Assembly: GCA_029953675.1 (NCBI GenBank) | Contig: JAMWBK010000004.1 | Location: 2,294,001 to 2,358,000, forward strand | Direction: 5' to 3' | Source: Rhodosorus marinus CCMP1338 | Taxonomy: Eukaryota; Plantae; Rhodophyta | Length of the DNA stretch: 64,000 bases | Shown: positions 1 to 11,615 of the stretch, one piece after another | Layout: the number at the start of each line of letters is the position of its first letter | Position numbering within the stretch: position 1 is the first letter of the stretch | Made by a program: the position numbers and the translations under genes | The notes under the pieces: model-generated | The model's input: the letters and a program-made list of their open reading frames with translations, nothing else | What the model was told of the DNA's origin: nothing | The model's database searches: none

Positions 1-36
1 GGAGTGGAAGCGGGGTTGGTGAGGAGGGGGATCAAT

Positions 37-1008
37 ATGAGCGCTTTTTTGAATACTTTGGATTTGACTTCCTTGGGGAAGTCAAGTAAGACTGCGGTCT
101 CGTTTAGGAGGCCGGCTGTCGTGAAGCGGCAGGTTATGGTGGGACAGAATGGCAGGGTATGAACAGCATGAAAACGCGTCTCATCACACTGAGGAAAAGC
201 GTATTTGGTTCTGAGCGGGTTGTCCCTTTTTCTTAATCCAGGCTCTGAAGGTGGACATACAACGGCCGGCGGCGAACAAGAGGAAGATTTCGTCCTCTAT
301 TATTATCCAGGAACCCACTTCAGTCGTTTGGAAGGTTTTGACGGACTACAATAGACTTGCGGAGTTCATTCCGAACCTTGCCATTTCCAGAAGAAGGTTC
401 CACCCGAATGGGGGTATTCGAATAGAGCAGTGCGGAGTACAATCCATATTAGGTAAGAACCACTCTAAGGGTTCAAGACTTGCAATCGGTTCGCATGATG
501 CGGAAAGGAGCGGAGCTCTAACTTGCGTAACTGGGTGCTTTTGGTCAGGTTTTGAATTTAAAGCGAGCGTGGTACTTGACATGGTGGAGGTGAACAAGAA
601 TAAGATGGACAGAGAGATTCGGTTTGAAATGCACGACAGCAGGGACTTCAAGGAATTCAGTGGAAAGTGGTCTCTGAAGAACGTTAACAACGGCAATGAT
701 ACTCAGCTGAGGTAAGCTGCTAGGCGCTCTGGACTAGGCTCGTAGGCTCCAATCTCCAAAGTCGTTGCGGCGTTGTCAAAGTCTGAGTGTAACGAGTTTC
801 ATTGCCCTTTTGCAGTTATGAGGTCTGTATCGTACCGAAGGGTTTGGTGCCGGTAAACCTCGTTGAGTGGAGAATCAAGGAAGACGTGCCAGTGAATTTG
901 CGAAGTGTCAAGAGCAAGAGCGAGACGATGACAGATGAGGACATGCGCGCTTACAAGCCAGCTCTTAGTCCCGGAAAGGAGCTCCGCAAAGGAGAAGCGG
1001 CGTGCTGA
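37..1008 (+). CDS. START/SRPBCC (polyketide cyclase/COQ10-like) lipid-binding protein, probably plastid-targeted; paralog 1, 4 exons
   Basis: Exons 37-156, 242-452, 549-711 and 816-1008 join in frame through GT-AG introns. Motifs VWKVLTDYNRLAEFIPNL, FKEFSGKWSL and VEWRIKEDVP. The N-terminus MSAFLN... is Ser/Arg-rich and transit-like. Confidence 0.85.
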
Positions 1009-1479
1009 GGGAACTCAGCCAGAGTTGTAGTGTTTAACTGATACGAGGGAGAATGGAATCGTAGCATTTTGCGACCCGAACTTGGAGTAGATAGTGCTCG
1101 TCACAGATACCCTGAAAGCGCTAATTGGCTCCGTTTTAGTGTTGACCTCCTCGTGCGGGTGTAGTTAATTCACTTTTTGTGCGCAGACGGCTAAGATATG
1201 GCCACGATTTATGATGCGGAGTTCATTTTGCCATGTATATTCAGAGGCTCTTTCTTGCAGCCGCAAGGGGAACCCTACTACGGCAGTGAAGGCTGGAAAG
1301 CCTTCGATGAAACTGAATAGGAACAGAGGATAATTAAAAGGGAAAATAGTTTATCAAGAAAGTTTTCACTAGCTAAAGCCGTACAAAGCCAGTTCTCTGC
1401 GGTAGCTTCTCTTCCGCGCAGGCAAATGTCTGTTGGCCCTGGTTCTGTCCGACCGGTAAAGAGGCATTGCAACTGTTCA

Positions 1480-3543
1480 CCTCTCCACCAGGAAAGTCCT
1501 ACTCTGTTTTGCTGTTAAGGTGATGGAGTTGCCCACACCCGTCTGCGCCTCGACAAAGTGGTGCACACGCTGTTGAAAAGAACAAAATGTCAGCCAACCA
1601 AAGGCTGTATCGTTACCCAAAAACAGGAGCGGTCGCAGGAGTCGCTCAGGGGCTGAGCGGAATGCGAGCAGCTCAGCGCTCTACTCACTACTTCACTAAA
1701 ACCGAGGTGAGAATTCGCGTACCAGCCTCGTCACGAAACATTGCCTTCCTCGCGTCCGCCCCGAGCGATCTCCACACAATCGCGAGGGATCCGATCGCCA
1801 TGATCAAGCTTATCACAATCCAAATCAAACCCTGAAATTCATTTCGACCGTTAAGGACATGACTAGGCAAGACAATTGCTTTCTGTTTTACCGTACCAAA
1901 CCTGGTATTTGCCTCTTCTCATTTACAACCGTCGCTTTCGACTTGGAGATCGCGTTGTTAATGTAGTCGAGCAGCTCTGCATCGTGGATTTCACCTACTT
2001 GATCCATGCACTTCGGATTCTAGGAAACCCCTGCCCAACGTAAGGATTGTCCCTCAACAATCTTCCACACACTCGCGAACAAGCCAAAGTTCCTCACAAG
2101 CATAACATTCAGATCCTAATGAAAGTCTAAAATGAAGCGTTTCATGACTACAACACTGATGAGCCTAACCTCAGTCTGGTCAAGCTCTTTCAACGTCTGC
2201 GAAGACATGGAGTTCTCATGAAGGAAAGCGGAGGAGTCACTATGTTGGTTTGAAAAGCCGAGGAATTTTGATCAGGCTTTTGTGCCACTGTCCGGTTCGA
2301 ATTCTTGTCCTGCTTGGGGGGAGTCCGTACATGTACTCGTGTATTCGATGTTGGTTCGTTCAGCTGGACTAGCAGTGTTGAACACGCTCGCGTGTTGACA
2401 ATTCGCGAATGTGGTATATCTTTAGTTAGCGATTCGCGATCGCCAAGTGTGCTTGAACAGCCTATTGTAGAGGTTAACACTTGCTCGTTGGGCAGTGACT
2501 CTGGGTTTGCGCCACCTAGTTCTCCGAATATCAGGTAAACATTTACCACAGACCCCGAAAAGTCAATTTTCTTGATTTCGCCCGGTGCTCACAGTCAATC
2601 CTCATTGCTGAGGCCCTGTAGTCTGCGCCACATACCGTGCCTCGTGACAGTTTTGGAAAGAGACTTGCAAAGGAAACCGGCGGTTGGATGTCCGTTTTGG
2701 TGCCCAATCCCGATTGTCCTCAGTGAGCTACTGTTCCACATGAACACTAAACGGTTTTGAGGGCCATGCGAGAAAACGTAGCCAGTTGAAAGGATTCTGG
2801 AGTCGTGAAATCTTTTTGCGGTATCAGCTGAGTATTCGTTCAACAAAATTGGCACTTTCCGAGACCCTGAGGCAGAGAAATTTCACAACTCAGCGGCTAC
2901 GTCCGTTTCAGCTCCATGAAATCAGCTTTTCTTAGTCAACAGTTTGTTCGCTAACGAGCGTCCTAATAGCTTAACGGATTACGAGATGCATCAACTTGCT
3001 GATCGGCAGCTTTCAACCTCTAGTTGTGTACTCGAGCTGATGCCGGGGAGCAGATCCTCTGAACATATTCTAGGTGGCTGATGCAATCGAGTTCCTCCGC
3101 CAGCCCAGAAACTATTGTGTCTCACTAAGAAGCAGATAACGAGCGTGGATGGGCTTCAGAACAGCACTTGGGGGGAGATCTGAGCGCGCAATGCAAGGCA
3201 ATTTTGTTCGCCACTGGGACCCTCTGAGCAAGCCACCTCCCATATCTTAGGGAAAAGCTCTTTCGCAGGTATAGGTTTTTCTTTCGCCTTGTCTTTCACG
3301 TAGGTCAGCGTGACTTTATACCATTCCTTAAAACTTTTCGCAGCTGTACGTATTCTCAACCTACATCCAACCCATCTCGCCTGGCGAAACAAGTCGTTCC
3401 TACCGCGACGGGCCTAATCCTATTTCCACAAAATTCATCCGCTGTGGCCAAAAGTCAAATTTTGACGAAGATTTCTTCTGCAAACCTCGCTCCAAGGACT
3501 TCGTGTCGTTTTTGTTTCTTTTGCCATTACTGAACAAGGTCAT
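1480..3543 (-). CDS. Probable multi-exon gene of unknown function with a hydrophobic helix near the C-terminus; boundaries uncertain
   Basis: Chain of minus-strand protein-like ORF pieces (3156-3392, 2595-2855, 2190-2549, 1688-1870, plus CMDQVGEIHDAELLDYINNAISK near 1900-2010) with plausible gtatgt/gtgagt donors. TM-like segment GLIWIVISLIMAIGSLAIVW. No family recognised. Confidence 0.35.
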
Positions 3544-4509
3544 AAAATAATGACTTGTTCGTATGGTACACTTCTTCCTTCTTGCTCTAGAAAGCCTCGC
3601 CCCGGAATGTGTATATGAGCCCTTCAATCAACAACTTTTAGCCCCACCCCAAACCCTCATTCCGCGCTGCTGACACCCGTTACCTATGCCCTCGATGTTT
3701 TCCATAAATATTCCAACGGTACACATCCAACAGAGTACAAGAGAACCAATTATTTCATACCGCATACACATGGAGTATTAAAACAGAACTCGATTGGATA
3801 GAATTGTTTCTTGCTAACCAATTAAACATGTAATCTACATATGCCATTATAGTGATTGGCTGCTATATTGAATTTCTCTAAAATCGATTTACGCGGAATC
3901 GGCTGACAGCGCACCCAAATGAGGGCCGGCAGTTGGTGGGAGGTGGTTGAGCGTTCAGCCACAGTTAATGCCCTGTCCACACACCTTGACTGAGCATCCT
4001 TAGTAAGGAGAAGATCTCACTATTATTTCTGAATTTATCTCCCTCTTTAGTAGTTGTATTGAGAGACTGTTTCGCCCCTCCTCAGTGTTCGCGGATTGAT
4101 CGAGGAACCTTAAAAAAGAGGCCGAATTCGATCGGGCTTAAGACGGGTCACTGACAGTTGGGTGTTAATTCACGGCACCTTGTTCGTTTACCTCGTCCTC
4201 GTTTTAGCACGGACAGACTCGTACATGAAGGATAGCATGTCCTGTCCAGAGGCTGCAATCCCAGTCCAAACGATCACAGGGAAAATCTATAGAATTTTCG
4301 TCACACTTACGGAGTAGATTTATTTGGGCCGGGGAAACCCATCGAGCAGCGATGCTTGGTCTCAATGAGGGTTGCGATGATGGACTCGACGTTTCTCTGT
4401 CAGGTATCTTCAACGTGCCCTGTGTATAAGTAGCTACTGCTCTGGGCGTTTTGCTTGTATTAGGAGAGGCTCGACTTTTGAGTTGTGAGAGAGGCATACC
4501 AAGATCAAG

Positions 4510-5464
4510 ATGCAGACGTTAGTACTGGAGAAGACGGACGTGCTGAGGAGCAGGGATGATACCAGGAGCTTGATATCTTCTGCAAAGGTACCTGGGGCTG
4601 CTGTTTGTCATCATTCGCAGCTGGATAGGGAGGTATGAGGATATAGATTGCAAAGCCAGAAGGTTTTATGTGAACGCGACTAACTGTGAGCTCCGCTTGT
4701 CTCCCGATAGCAGGGGCTTGGTGTTGAAATCCAACGGACTGGTGGCAACAGTAGGAGAATTATATCGTCCATAGATATTCAGAGACCATCATCCTTAGTC
4801 TGGAAGGTTTTAACAGACTACAACAGATTGGCAGACTTCATTCCGAATCTCGCGGTTTCCCGATTGCGACCACACCCCAGCGGAGGGATTCGCCTTGAAC
4901 AGAGTGGTGTGCAATCCGTCATGGGTAAGATCACAAAAGCTTCTTTCACGATGATGATGAGGTTCACAATTTTGCGTCAGAGAGGACTCACAGTTCGATC
5001 TGATCCTTGATGAACAGGTTTTGCGTTCAACGCGAGCGTTGTTCTCGATATGACCGAGGTGAACAGTGATCAGCTGGACAAGGAGCTCCGGTTTGATCTT
5101 CACCAGAGCAGGGAGTTGAAGGAGTTCAGAGGGACATGGTTTTTGCAGAGTATTAACAACAACAAGGATACGAGGCTTTGGTATGCTCACTATGCTGAAA
5201 ACTTTAGGACAGTGTGAACTCGTCCTGATGAAACACAAAATTTTGCTCTTTTTGCCCACCGTGCGTAGGTATGAAGTGAACATCGCACCGAAGGGACTCG
5301 TGCCCACGAGGCTGGTTGAATGGCGGATTAAAGAGGATGTTCCAGCGAACTTGAAGAGCGTCAAGAGGAGGATTGAGAAGGTGATGGAGGGAGATATTTA
5401 TTACGAACCGCCGATGAGTCCTGGAAGGCAACTTCCGCTCAGTTCCCTGCCACTGGTCCAATGA
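4510..5464 (+). CDS. START/SRPBCC protein, paralog 2, 4 exons
   Basis: Exons approx. 4510-4632, 4711-4924, 5018-5179 and 5269-5464. Motifs VWKVLTDYNRLADFIPNL and VEWRIKEDVP. Its three introns match paralog 1 in position and phase. Confidence 0.85.
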
Positions 5465-6251
5465 TACGCATCCTTTGCATACTTTTGAAATGAGCGCGCC
5501 TGGGTCGACTGCGTGCGTTTTCGTGTGTCTCGCTTGTACAAGTATATGTCAATAGATTTTTGTTGGGTTCCGATTTTTTCTGTGTGTCAGAGCACTCCTG
5601 TGCTTCTATGACGGAAGTTGTCATCACGACTAAAAGCAAATTTTGGAAACATGCGGTTTAGATTTTGAGAGCGGATTCTGATTGTGGGTTTCACGCATGG
5701 GGCGTGCTTCCGTATGCGCCCTCCCTCCAGCGAGAACTTCGAGCATCCTCGAACGGGCTCCCTTGTACACGGTCTTGATGTTCTCACAGAGCCACAACGG
5801 GAATTATACATCTTCAATTTTTACTACCGCAATTCTGCTTCGATATTCCAACTGCCTTCCGAGAAAAGCAGTCATCAGAATGAAATAGCGTGAGCAAACT
5901 ATGGTTCGGGCTTCGCCACAATAGATCGCTCGTTTACAGAAAGGAAGATCATCGGACTTTCTCTCAGTACAACTGTTACAAATACAAAAATCTCATCAAA
6001 CGGCATGGCCAAGGCTTTGAGACAGGCACATTTCTCCGCAGACTTTCAAAGGAAACTCAGCAGAACGAGAATTCTCCCCACCAGAATTACCCGCACTTCC
6101 TGTTCGGCTAACCCAGACAGGAACGGCCTTGCTCTGTGCTCTTGGATGAGAACTTCAATAATAGACGTAGTATACATATATATTAACTAGAAACCGCCTC
6201 AGCTCATCTCCCAAACAAACGTTAAAAATGCTCCAGGTCTGTGACTATCAG

Positions 6252-6962
6252 CTAGTCACCAATGTCACATGACGACTCAGTTTTCGCTTCCGCTTCTATA
6301 GTTTCTTGAACGACTCCTTGCTCTTCTCCTCTAGATACAAACTTGTAAAATGTACCTCTGTTCAAGGTATCTAGATTCGTGTTCTTCATCATGTGCGCGA
6401 GCGCGAAGAGGTCTTTATCAATTCCATCGTTGGTATACTTCGCGTTTTCTCCTTGTCGCTTCTGAATGAGCCATGCTCTAAGCACCTTGTATTGTGCCGG
6501 CGAAAGATTCGGACCCTTGTTGACGGTACTTTTTCGAGGCTTTTGTAAAGTGCGAGAGATATCCAGGCCACCGCTGGCCTTGAACGGGGCCGTGACACTG
6601 AAGTTAGTACGTCGTGCTTCTTGAGCCCTTCTCTGCAATGTATTTCCGATTGTCCGACCAGATCTATTCTTATCTTTCCTGAGCTTGAGAATAGAGTCGT
6701 ACGCAGCACAGGTTTTCACCGACAAAACAGCCGACAAATCTGGAGAGTCCTGCAGGGGAAGCGTTGCCGGTGCTGCATCAGACCCGCCTACAAACGGACA
6801 TTGGTTGGGGCCATTCGCCTGGGAGGCCCCTGCTTGCCCATTTTGCCGCTCCTTGAGGTGACAAAGACTTTCTCCAACAGTTCCCCATGCCGGGGCATTC
6901 CCGGTTCCGACACCCTGGTTTTCCCTAGCCTTTGCAAGAAGAGCTGCTGTGGGGATAATCAT
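6252..6962 (-). CDS. Hypothetical protein (~236 aa) with a weakly homeodomain-like C-terminal segment
   Basis: Long uninterrupted ORF (track 6252-6986, first ATG 6962). KGPNLSPAQYKVLRAWL resembles TALE homeodomain helix 1, but there is no clear WFxN helix 3. Confidence 0.55.
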   Translation of the reverse strand: MIIPTAALLAKARENQGVGTGNAPAWGTVGESLCHLKERQNGQAGASQANGPNQCPFVGGSDAAPATLPLQDSPDLSAVLSVKTCAAYDSILKLRKDKNRSGRTIGNTLQRRAQEARRTNFSVTAPFKASGGLDISRTLQKPRKSTVNKGPNLSPAQYKVLRAWLIQKRQGENAKYTNDGIDKDLFALAHMMKNTNLDTLNRGTFYKFVSRGEEQGVVQETIEAEAKTESSCDIGD

Positions 6963-7201
6963 CAAAGCCGCTGCCTCGTCTTGCACTTCAAAACAAGTCT
7001 TAATATATCCTCTTCACAAAACCGAAGAGCAAATCCCTCCGATATCCCACGTTCTCCCCCCAAAATACTCACACACTGAAAGTCCAAAATCGCGCACTAC
7101 ACCGAATTCCAACTACCAAAACGATCCATCCTCCTCTCTAGACCCCACCATTCCTCCTTCAAAACATCTCAAACCCATTTCCTTCACGACTTGGAAACAC
7201 T

Positions 7202-7206
<5 letters not shown>

Positions 7207-7237
<31 letters not shown>
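7207..7237. repeat. (CT)n microsatellite, about 15 units
   Basis: Perfect ctctct run seen directly. Confidence 0.95.
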
Positions 7238-7241
<4 letters not shown>

Positions 7242-9944
7242 GGGAGGTCTCAGATCCTCGTTCCACGGACACCAAAATCCCCAAAAAACAAGACCCGAAC
7301 TCAAATACGTAAGGTCTCCATCTTCCCGTCTTCAAGGCCTCCCACTTCTCTCGAAGCCTTCCCTCCCAACAGAGACTTCATAAATCCAATATGTGCTCAG
7401 TACTGGCAAATGCTCTCTCCGGAAAACTCTCGTTAAAAGCGCTCCTTTCGCTTCCCTCAAAGCGCAGCGTTTTCTTTCTTGAATGTTGACGTCACAGCAG
7501 AAGAAAACACACTCAAAAGGCGGACCAAAATTTACCCCAAAAAAACCAACCGTTTCTGTCTCCAGGAAACTTGGGGAGAACAAAACATATGCAAGCTGAT
7601 ATGTAGAATTAGAACAAGATTCCAAATAATGACGCTGATCATACCCGCTTTCGCCGATTTTAGACCAATATTTAGAAAGTTAGGTCTGAATAAGATATAA
7701 ACTGCTCAATATTAGGTCTTGATCTGAACAAGGGCGGCGGGGAGCGTATGGGATTTGTACTGGGGGTGGAAGCGGAGGATAAACCAACAAAAAGGGGTTT
7801 AGTCGAACTTATTGTTGCGCACAGCAAAAATGTTTAATAGTAAATTAATAACTCATTATTGACTATTATCGTACCCCTTAACGATTTTTCAAGAATGAGT
7901 ACCAGCAGACGGGGCAAAGGGGTTGGAAGAATATGCCAACCTTGAATGTATTTGTAACTAATTTTCAAGTTCGTAGAAGGTCGTATTGAAAACTATTTGA
8001 GGGGTACGTTGTATTTATTTTTGTTTTACATAGAGTTACCACCTGAAAATTCGTAGATAGTTTTGTAGGCGATGCGTCAACTTGCCTCTCGTGAGCTTAC
8101 ACGATAGACATACCTTTCCAGCGTCAAAAAAAATTGATAGAGTACGAACTTTCCCCCTTCCTCATAATATCCATTTTCGAATAAATCAATAATTTATTGA
8201 TCATTATGAATTTGTTCTGTGGATATAATATTGAATATTCTACCGCTTGCTGACCATTCTCATTTTTACCGCTTGAATTCTCTTCAAAACACGTAAAGGC
8301 CGTGTGCGAACAAGAAAAATTGTATTAGTACAAAAAATTGTTAGTACGTTTGGCCCATAGTACATACATTTCCGCGGAATTTGTTCAGAAAAATATTTGT
8401 CTCGCTTATTGTACGAAGTAGTGTCAGCTTTAGGCTTTAGGAAAATTTCGTGTTATCGATCGATGTTGGAGGGCGCTGTTTGACGGACGGGACCCCGGGT
8501 AAGGGACACTTTATCGACGCCTGGGTGCAGGTTTCCGTCTCTGCGCCCCGTGTTTCCAGCAAACAGGGGATGTACTTTGCGTAACTGGAGAAACAGATGG
8601 CGCCGCTACCTCTCAACCCGGACTGATTGACTATGTTAGCCACGTCCTGCAAGTGAAAAGGAATCAGGCTGCACGTCTTAACCGTTGTTGCCCTCGTGGC
8701 GGCTAGGGCACCATTCTTGTGTGTAATGGAACCAACACTAGGCCGCTGTACAGCAATCTCATCTAGCAGTAAGGCGAAACTGACTTTGTGGTTGTGAGAC
8801 CAAAGCTGCTACAGAGCTATTCGACATGGAGAGGTGGGCAATAAGGGAAGAAGCCTCCTTTTGCATCCCGACCATTTGGACTTTTATCCATCGGGGCAGA
8901 GTATTTTGAGTATTCCCACGATGTCTTTTTTCTCAATCGATAGATGAGATAGATTAAAAGTAACCGGTTTTCCAGTCTTTTGCACTTTGCATAAGGAGTT
9001 CGGATTTTGTTGTTATGGCATGATTGGTTCTATCTAGAACGGATTCGGAGAAAGGCCTTTCTTTCGGCAATGGATTCGATGCCTTGTCCACCTTTTTGTA
9101 GAAGCTGCAGTGGCGAGAGTGCTCAGCTGTCAATTCTAGAGCTGGAAAGCTAGAGCTTTCAGGCGTTTTCGGACAAAGATTCAGTTGCAAGGACTAACGC
9201 TGACTAACGCTGGTTCAGAGAGGAAATGGTGACGAAGGCGACGAAGGAAGTTTGTGATCATGGACATGAGATTGGCTGAATTGGTTGAGATTGGAAACCC
9301 AGCAAAGCTGCAGAGACCGTATCGCGCTTCGACTTTTAAGATCACCCTTTTCCAGCAAAAATAGCAGCCACGGAGTCATGATGATCCCACTCCGCCTCTT
9401 GCTCAGAACCTGACAGGGGGAGTGGGGCATAGAGAAAGCGTTTTCTGTTTGCGAATCCTTAGCATGCTGCCCTTGCCCCGCAACGGAGTAGGATCCATGC
9501 AACGCTATTGAAACGATTGCTCCTTCAAACACATTCTTAGTACTGAGTTTTACACATAGTAGTCAACGTTTAGGTGCATGAGGCATCAGCGTCCGGGTTC
9601 GATGAAAATGGAATCACCCACGGTTGCTCGCTGCACATTGAAAAGGCCGAAGGAAAAAACTCCAGAACAATGGGGCGATCGCCTTGTCAAGAAACGGTCA
9701 AACGGGATCTGAGGCGGGGCTGTTGTAGATCGTTGCCAATCATCCTCAGTGGTGGACAGGGCAGCTCCATTGCGCCTTCCAAAACGATCGAAGAGTGGAG
9801 GGGTTCATCAGCACGTCGGATCTCAAGAAGTCGTCTCGATCTTGAACATGGAAATCTTAAGGTGACAATCGTTTGGTGATCGAAACGACAGGCCACGATC
9901 GGACGGAACGGAGCTAGCATGCGAAGAAGGCTATAGACGACGAT

Positions 9945-11114
9945 ATGTTCCGAGGGGTACGGGATCAGTTAAAGAACCCGCGGGCTCGGCGACGTCTGTG
10001 TAAAGGCCTTTCTGTGCTAGCTGTGACGTCTGCTCCTTGGGTATGGTACTACACAAGCGACTCGAAGCAGATCTTGCTGCTCCAGTGGAATACAATGCTT
10101 AAGAGCTCGTACATGTTCGAAGGTACGGGTCTTTCTCAACGTGCGGCGGCGGCTCGCGAGAGCTTCTCTGGACAAGTGAGCAGCGTGACTCCCGATAGAG
10201 CGGTTCTAGAGCTTCGAGAAATCATGAACGTTGAGGGACTTTCCTCCCCGGACTGGGCCCATGAGGAGCTGGCGAGCTTAGGTGGTGTTGGGGTTTGGAG
10301 GGTTACCAACGCCGTCGCGAGTCCACAGGACAAGGACGATGAAGTCGCGATAATGTATGCCCATGGAGGCCGATTTGTTGCTGGAAGTGCAATGCGATAC
10401 ATGTATCTTCTGTCAACATGGACGTACCCTCTAAACGCATCGATCGGTGTTATAGACTATCCTTTAGCTCCGGAGGTTTCACCGGAACACATTGTAGAAG
10501 CGTTCACGCAGGCCTGTAGGTCGATCCTCGATGAGCAAGGTGGTGAACGGTTGATACTTGCTGGTGATGGAACGGGTGCTGCGATTATCTTCAGTGCCCT
10601 TATGAAGCTCAAGGACGAAGGTCGCGATCTTCCCGCGGCGGTGGTCCTGACGTCTCCTTCTGCGGATTTGTTGGCAGAGGGTTCCTTTGAACAAGACCGT
10701 TTGACCAGTAACCAGACATGGCGAGCGGTCAGAAGCCTCACAGGATCGGAGGAATCCCTACGGAGAGTATCCCCTCTTCGGCAAGAAGGCCTTGAGAAGT
10801 TTTCCGGCATGCCCGAAACACTGATTCTCTACGGAACCAGGGACCTCTCTGTTGACCAGGCCAAGCAGCTCAAGGACAGACTACTGAACGCCGACGTGAG
10901 GGTTGAAACGATTGAAAGAAAATACTTGTGGCCGAATTGGCTATTTTGCTACTACACATTCCCCGAGGGCTGGGCGGATATGCAGATAGTGAGAGATTTC
11001 ATCGATGGTGCCACATCCAGAACTCCTCAGGACGTTTCCCTTCCCCAACATCCATTCTTGAAATGGATAAGGGGAGTCTGGACGCGGAATGACCCCCAAG
11101 CCGAGACATCGTAG
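9945..11114 (+). CDS. HSL-family alpha/beta-hydrolase-fold protein (Abhydrolase_3-like) lacking the catalytic Ser; N-terminal membrane anchor
   Basis: 389-aa single-exon ORF with motifs YAHGGRFVAGS, IDYPLAPE, LILAGDGTGA, VLTSPSADL and LILYGTRD. Confidence 0.85.
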   Translation: MFRGVRDQLKNPRARRRLCKGLSVLAVTSAPWVWYYTSDSKQILLLQWNTMLKSSYMFEGTGLSQRAAAARESFSGQVSSVTPDRAVLELREIMNVEGLSSPDWAHEELASLGGVGVWRVTNAVASPQDKDDEVAIMYAHGGRFVAGSAMRYMYLLSTWTYPLNASIGVIDYPLAPEVSPEHIVEAFTQACRSILDEQGGERLILAGDGTGAAIIFSALMKLKDEGRDLPAAVVLTSPSADLLAEGSFEQDRLTSNQTWRAVRSLTGSEESLRRVSPLRQEGLEKFSGMPETLILYGTRDLSVDQAKQLKDRLLNADVRVETIERKYLWPNWLFCYYTFPEGWADMQIVRDFIDGATSRTPQDVSLPQHPFLKWIRGVWTRNDPQAETS

Positions 11115-11615
11115 GGCTCAATGCACGTCAACTCCTTTTCAACTGTGTATGGACCCACTGCTTGAGCGTATGTACCATTAGTGAAACCTAAAAAGAAAGA
11201 AGCAGAGAACTCGAGCAAGAGAAAGTGTAGTAAAGCCACCATGGATCAATATTTACAGTGAAAATAGACATGATCGGATAAGTGGAATGCCGCATGCCAC
11301 TGTGGTCCTATTCTACTCCGGAAGTTGACTGAATGTTTCGATCTCCACGATGCAGACAAGCGCCTGGTTGCAGGTGGTTGCTTCCCTGAAGATTCATCAT
11401 TCGATACGGTCAAAGCTTCTCTACCATTAAGTCATTGTTGGACAGTCCAAACGAATCAGCTCCCGGTCTCCAACTGCCTGAACTAGTTGGTAGCTGCCTT
11501 CGGACCCCTTCCTCGCAAGTTATCCTGCTATACTGTGCCGGCAGCACGTGAACCTAGCAGAGATATCGGAATTCTTGGTCGTTTAACACAGGATTCCTTC
11601 CCAAAGCGTTGTGGG

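Noticed and set aside
2285-2310. GGTTCGAAT T-loop-like motif suggesting a tRNA
   Set aside because: No acceptor, D or anticodon stems could be folded around it.
4204-4497. 97-aa minus-strand ORF
   Set aside because: Its ATG is only 12 bp from the ATG of START paralog 2 on the other strand, and no motif was recognised.
8428-8445. TTTAGG telomere-like doublet
   Set aside because: Only two imperfect units, which is expected by chance.
7700-9930. Short ORFs (8437-8652, 8954-9190, 9215-9532, 9574-9879, 9687-9920) and a duplicated GACTAACGCT branch-like motif at ~9192-9211
   Set aside because: No consistent exon chain or recognisable domain could be built on either strand.
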